DNA of 64,000 nucleotides from Candidatus Bipolaricaulia bacterium (lineage in GTDB: Bacteria > Bipolaricaulota > Bipolaricaulia > RBG-16-55-9). The notes beneath the pieces were generated by a model, which was not told the DNA's origin, made no database searches, and worked only from the letters and a program-made list of their open reading frames with translations. The stretch's first letter is position 1; every line of letters starts with the position of its first letter. Both the position numbers and the translations under genes were made by a program. Where the stretch lies: the NCBI GenBank assembly GCA_042219045.1, contig JBDGQO010000003.1, positions 86,095 through 150,094 on the forward strand, given 5' to 3'. Shown here piece by piece: positions 60,393 through 64,000 of this stretch.

Positions 60393-60647
60393 TTAAGACA
60401 GTGCGTTGAGGCGCCGCATCAGACGGGACTTGATACGGGCCGCCTTGTTGGGGTGAATGACGTTGCGCTGGGCGGCCTTGTCCGCAGCCTTGACGACCTC
60501 GGGGATCGCCGCCTGAGCCTCGGACTTGTCCCCAGCGGCTTCGGCCTTTCGGAAGCGCTTCACAGCCCGACGGAGGGTCGTTCGCCGCATATCGTTGCGC
60601 TCGCGGCGCTTGGCGTTCTGACGGTCCCGCTTCTTCGCCGACTTCAA
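60393..60647 (-). CDS. rpsT: 30S ribosomal protein S20
   Basis: KSAKKRDRQNAKRRERN N-terminus and overall S20 helical-bundle basic composition. The start is TTG at 60647. Confidence 0.8.
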   Translation of the reverse strand: MKSAKKRDRQNAKRRERNDMRRTTLRRAVKRFRKAEAAGDKSEAQAAIPEVVKAADKAAQRNVIHPNKAARIKSRLMRRLNALS

Positions 60648-60808
60648 ATTCGGAATTGCGCATCACCTCGGCATTTGTATTGATTGGAACGACAGCATGT
60701 TAGCCCAAGCCACAAAAAGTGTCAACCCCGAAGGGATGGCGCACTTGCGCGATCATCCCTGCTCTGATAGGCTAGACGGATTGCCACCTCGGCAGGAGGG
60801 ATGATCGC

Positions 60809-61978
60809 ATGAGCTGCGGCGTCCAGCATGCCCCCGAGTCAACCGACCATGAAGCGGACCTCGACGTCCAGAGCGTCGTCGACCGAGCCGTTCGCGCGTA
60901 CGAAGCCGGGGCCGATCGGACGATCCAGTTTCCGGAGTTGCGCGAGCTCTACGGCAACACCGAGCTGATCGCCACGTTCTCCCACCTCAACCCGAATCTC
61001 GCCGTCGATGAGGTCTATGGCAACTACGTGCTCGGCCACGTCGTTCGACGGTTGGGATTGACGAGCGAGCAGGTCATCAACGCGGCCTACGACAACATCC
61101 ATGCGGGCCACGACGCCCCGAAGGGGCATCGCATCCAGTATGTCATCGTCAACGTCGACGTGCTCGACCCGGAGGAGGTCATCCATCTCCAGGACGGCTT
61201 CTTTTACGATCCCGATGCCGTCTACAAGGACGGCCAGAACCGCATCAAAAGCGTCCCCGAACAGAACATCGAGGCGTTCCGGCAACGCTACGACGCGATC
61301 GACGAGATCCTACAACGCCACAGCGGCGAGGGCGACACCGCCGAGCGCATTGCGGGCGTCCGTCGCGACTTTCTTGGATTGCTCGAGTTCGACGCCGTCC
61401 CGGAACGGCCGTTCTCGCTATCCTTAACGCCGATCCTGGCCGACGTGTTAGAAGCCCTTTCCGAGATGGGCTATCCCTTCTGGGAGATGCCGGTGCCGAG
61501 CGGGCGCGACCGCTACGTGGAGAACACCTTCCTCGTTGAGGGCGTCGACGCTCACGGCGAACGTCGATCGGCGCGCCTGGATGGAGACGCTTTCGTCTAC
61601 CGCGACGGCCAGGACGAGCGGCACGTCCACACGGACGACGTTTTCGACGCTCTCAGGAACTTCCAGGTCGTCCCGACGATGCCGCTCGTCATCCTCGCCA
61701 CGGTGACCGCGCCCCAGATGCCCCATCTGGGCGGTCGCGACTGGATTGAATACGCCCCGCCGCATGTCGATGCCCAAGCGGAATGGCTCGGGATCGACGA
61801 GACAAGCGAGACGCTGATCTTGACCACCGAGGGGCATCGCCCCTTAGTGACGTTCCGCTACAACCAGGAGTTCACCGGCTTCCCAGCGGTCTATCTGACC
61901 TACGGCCCGGAGATGATCCGGCGTGCCCTGGAAGAGGGATTCCAGGAGCGCGTGGAGTTCAAGCGCACCGTGTACTGA
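60809..61978 (+). CDS. Hypothetical cytoplasmic protein, 389 aa, no recognisable domain
   Basis: Long ORF with GC3-rich coding bias, no signal peptide or TM segment, and no motif I can assign. Confidence 0.5.
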   Translation: MSCGVQHAPESTDHEADLDVQSVVDRAVRAYEAGADRTIQFPELRELYGNTELIATFSHLNPNLAVDEVYGNYVLGHVVRRLGLTSEQVINAAYDNIHAGHDAPKGHRIQYVIVNVDVLDPEEVIHLQDGFFYDPDAVYKDGQNRIKSVPEQNIEAFRQRYDAIDEILQRHSGEGDTAERIAGVRRDFLGLLEFDAVPERPFSLSLTPILADVLEALSEMGYPFWEMPVPSGRDRYVENTFLVEGVDAHGERRSARLDGDAFVYRDGQDERHVHTDDVFDALRNFQVVPTMPLVILATVTAPQMPHLGGRDWIEYAPPHVDAQAEWLGIDETSETLILTTEGHRPLVTFRYNQEFTGFPAVYLTYGPEMIRRALEEGFQERVEFKRTVY

Positions 61979-62065
61979 CCCTCGACCGAGCCACGGCCTC
62001 CGACGGGCAACGCTCCACGGCAAGCTGGGCGGATGTTGCGGAGCCGGCCGTGGATCCCGGGATTG

Positions 62066-63052
62066 CTACGTCGTTTGCCGCTCGATTTCGAAGCCCCGCT
62101 CACGGGCCAGCTCGATCAGCCGCTGGGGCAGCGTGAACGGACCGACGTTCTCGTCAACCGCACGGAGCTCTTGCACGTCGCGGGCACCGAGCTCCTTGAG
62201 CCGATCCAACACGGACTGGACCAAGCGCTCGGGAGCCGAGGCGCCCGACGTGACGCCGACGGTCTCCACGCCCTCCAGCCAATCGGGGTCAATTTCGGAG
62301 GCCCAGTCGATGCGTTGCGCCGGCGCGCCGTACTGCTCGGCCACCTCGCGCAGCCGGTTCGTGTTCGAGCTTTCCGAGGAGCCGACAACCAGGACAAAGT
62401 CCGACGCCTCGGCGAGGTCCTTGACGGCGGCCTGTCGGTTGTCGGTCGCGTAGCAGATCGTGGAGTTCTTCGTCGGCGGCTCCTTCAGCTGGGGGAAGCG
62501 ACGCTTGAGCACGTCGCGGACGTTGCGGACGTCGTCGACCGACAGCGTCGTTTGCGTCACGCAGGCCACATGGTCCGGATCGTCGACGCGGAGCGCTTCC
62601 GCCTCCTCGACGGTCTCGATGAGATGGGCATCGCCGTGGTCGATGTTTCCCAGGATGCCGCGAGGTTCCGGGTGATCATGGTGGCCGAGGACGATCACCG
62701 TGTAGCCCTTCTTCGCGAATCGCCCCGCCCAATTGTGGACGTTCGTCACGAGCTTGCACGTGGCGTCGATGACGTCGATGTTGCGTTCATGGGCCTTGTC
62801 GTAGTCCGACGGCGGCGAACCGTGTGCGGAAAAGACGGCCACACTGCCTTCCGGGATCTCCTCGATCTCCTCCACGAAGATCACGCCGCGCTGCTCAAAG
62901 TGCTCGATCACGGAGCGATTGTGGACGATGGCGTGTTTCACGTACAGCGGCGTCCCGCAGAGATCGAGCGCGTGATCAACGATTTCGATCGCGTTCTCCA
63001 CGCCTCGACAGAAGCCGCGCGGCCGAGCAGTCAGCACCTGAAAGTCAGTCAT
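62066..63052 (-). CDS. ispH: 4-hydroxy-3-methylbut-2-enyl diphosphate reductase IspH (LytB)
   Basis: Three conserved Cys for the [4Fe-4S] cluster (FCRGV, ATCKLV, TICYAT), an SSNTNRL motif, and full-length similarity. Confidence 0.9.
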   Translation of the reverse strand: MTDFQVLTARPRGFCRGVENAIEIVDHALDLCGTPLYVKHAIVHNRSVIEHFEQRGVIFVEEIEEIPEGSVAVFSAHGSPPSDYDKAHERNIDVIDATCKLVTNVHNWAGRFAKKGYTVIVLGHHDHPEPRGILGNIDHGDAHLIETVEEAEALRVDDPDHVACVTQTTLSVDDVRNVRDVLKRRFPQLKEPPTKNSTICYATDNRQAAVKDLAEASDFVLVVGSSESSNTNRLREVAEQYGAPAQRIDWASEIDPDWLEGVETVGVTSGASAPERLVQSVLDRLKELGARDVQELRAVDENVGPFTLPQRLIELARERGFEIERQTT

Positions 63053-63108
63053 AGGGACAAGCCTATCAAACTCGGACCATTTAAGTCCATGATCCAGGTC
63101 AAGGTTCG

Positions 63109-64000
63109 TTAGAGCTCGACTTTGTCGACGGTGTCACGCACCAACTCGGCAGCGTTGTCCAACTGCGAGCGCTCGTCGTCGCTCAGTTCCAACTCGATGA
63201 TCTGCTCGGCGCCGTTCTCGCCCAATACCACGGGCACGCCCAGGAACAGATCGCTGATGCCGTACTCGCCCGTCAGATACGCCGCACTGGGGATGATTCG
63301 CTTCTCGTCCTTCAGGATCGACTCGACCATGGCCGCGGCGCCGGCCGAGGGCGCATAGTAAGCGCTGCCCTCGCCCAGCAGGCCGACGATCTCCGTGCCG
63401 CCCTTGCGGGTGCGCTCGATCAGCCGATCGATCTGCTCCGGCGTGAGCAGTTGCGTAATCGGGATGCCGGCCACGCTCGCGCAGCTCACCAATGGAACCA
63501 TGCCCTGATCGCTGTGGCCGCCGATGACGAGGGCATCGACGTCGCGCATCGACAGGCCCGTCTCCATGGCGATAAACGTGCGGAACCGCGTCGAGTCGAG
63601 CGCGCCCGACTGGCCGATGACGCGCTCCTTCGGAAACCCGCTCAGCTCGTGGGCCGCGTGGACGATGGCGTCCAGGGGATTCGTCACGACGACGAGGATC
63701 GAATCGGGCGAATAGTGGACGACCTGTTCGGTGACGGACTGAATGATGGCGGTGTTCTTGCTGATGAGGTCCTCCCGGGTCATGCCCGGCTGCCGCGGCA
63801 GGCCCGCGGTGATGACGACGACGTCGGATTCGGCGGTGTCGGCGTAGTCGCTAGTGCCCGTCAGTCGGGCGTCGAAGCCGACCAACGGCGCGGCTTCGGT
63901 CATGTCCAGGGCCCTGCCCTTGGTCGGGTCCTCTTTCTCCGGGATGTCGACCATGACGACGTCGGCCAAGTTGGCCTCTGCAATGCGCTGGGCGGTCGTC
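63109..64000 (-). CDS. mdh: Malate dehydrogenase (LDH-like MDH), 5'-truncated at the window edge
   Basis: VVTNPLD motif, catalytic IGGHSD, substrate Arg in DSTRFR, and an LDH/MDH C-terminal domain. The Rossmann N-terminus lies beyond 64000. Confidence 0.85.
   Translation of the reverse strand, partial: TTAQRIAEANLADVVMVDIPEKEDPTKGRALDMTEAAPLVGFDARLTGTSDYADTAESDVVVITAGLPRQPGMTREDLISKNTAIIQSVTEQVVHYSPDSILVVVTNPLDAIVHAAHELSGFPKERVIGQSGALDSTRFRTFIAMETGLSMRDVDALVIGGHSDQGMVPLVSCASVAGIPITQLLTPEQIDRLIERTRKGGTEIVGLLGEGSAYYAPSAGAAAMVESILKDEKRIIPSAAYLTGEYGISDLFLGVPVVLGENGAEQIIELELSDDERSQLDNAAELVRDTVDKVEL

Overview
This is a GC-rich (roughly 65-70% by eye) bacterial chromosomal window, densely packed with housekeeping genes on both strands. 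It contains no rRNA or tRNA genes, no CRISPR array, and no transposase or integrase.

Main blocks:
- 17-9199, minus strand: the distal half of a division/cell-wall (dcw) cluster, murD-ftsW-murG-murC-murB-ftsQ-ftsA-ftsZ.
- 9371-15933, minus strand: an outer-membrane biogenesis module yraN-comM-bamA-skp-skp-fabZ directly upstream. There is no lpxD or lpxA between skp and fabZ.
- 15949-16707, plus strand: a signal-peptide protein of unknown function, convergent with ftsI.
- 16753-18785, minus strand: a detached ftsL-ftsI pair.
- 18941-22845, plus strand: trpE-trpG-trpD-trpC. It has a strong sigma70-like promoter and a small upstream ORF overlapping the trpE start.
- 22847-24392, minus strand: recX-recA.
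- 24504-30174: a small beta-barrel outer-membrane protein, a divergently transcribed secreted YVTN beta-propeller, and a membrane protein-csaB-rsmH operon.
- 30143-34145: tryptophanase/tyrosine phenol-lyase family gene, an SPFH protein, tpiA and mutM.
- 34165-39117: a textbook CIRCE-controlled hrcA-grpE-dnaK-dnaJ operon.
- 39093-47636: rdgB, oppF/oppD, secG, a rhomboid protease, rqcH, a secreted hypothetical, deoC-upp and a SPOUT RNA methyltransferase.
- 47721-56481: a stand-alone hutH, then era, a 1180-aa multi-GAF GGDEF diguanylate cyclase, a GNAT acyltransferase plus an OSBS/NSAR-family enolase-superfamily enzyme wedged before recO.
- 56478-64000: dinB, tagA-like glycosyltransferase, recJ, rpsT, a 389-aa protein of unknown function, ispH and a 5'-truncated mdh.

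The gene content suggests a high-GC diderm lineage that has BamA and Skp, shows no lipid A genes in this window, has SLH/CsaB-type cell-wall polymer machinery, and uses Firmicutes-like operon grammar (hrcA-grpE-dnaK-dnaJ, era-recO, rqcH, tagA). I could not run any homology search, so this taxonomic reading is inference only.

The points most worth follow-up are:
- the fragmented dcw cluster, with rsmH relocated next to csaB;
- bamA-skp-skp-fabZ with no lpx genes;
- the c-di-GMP cyclase/GNAT/NSAR insertion between era and recO;
- the unannotatable 389-aa protein;
- the trpE leader region.
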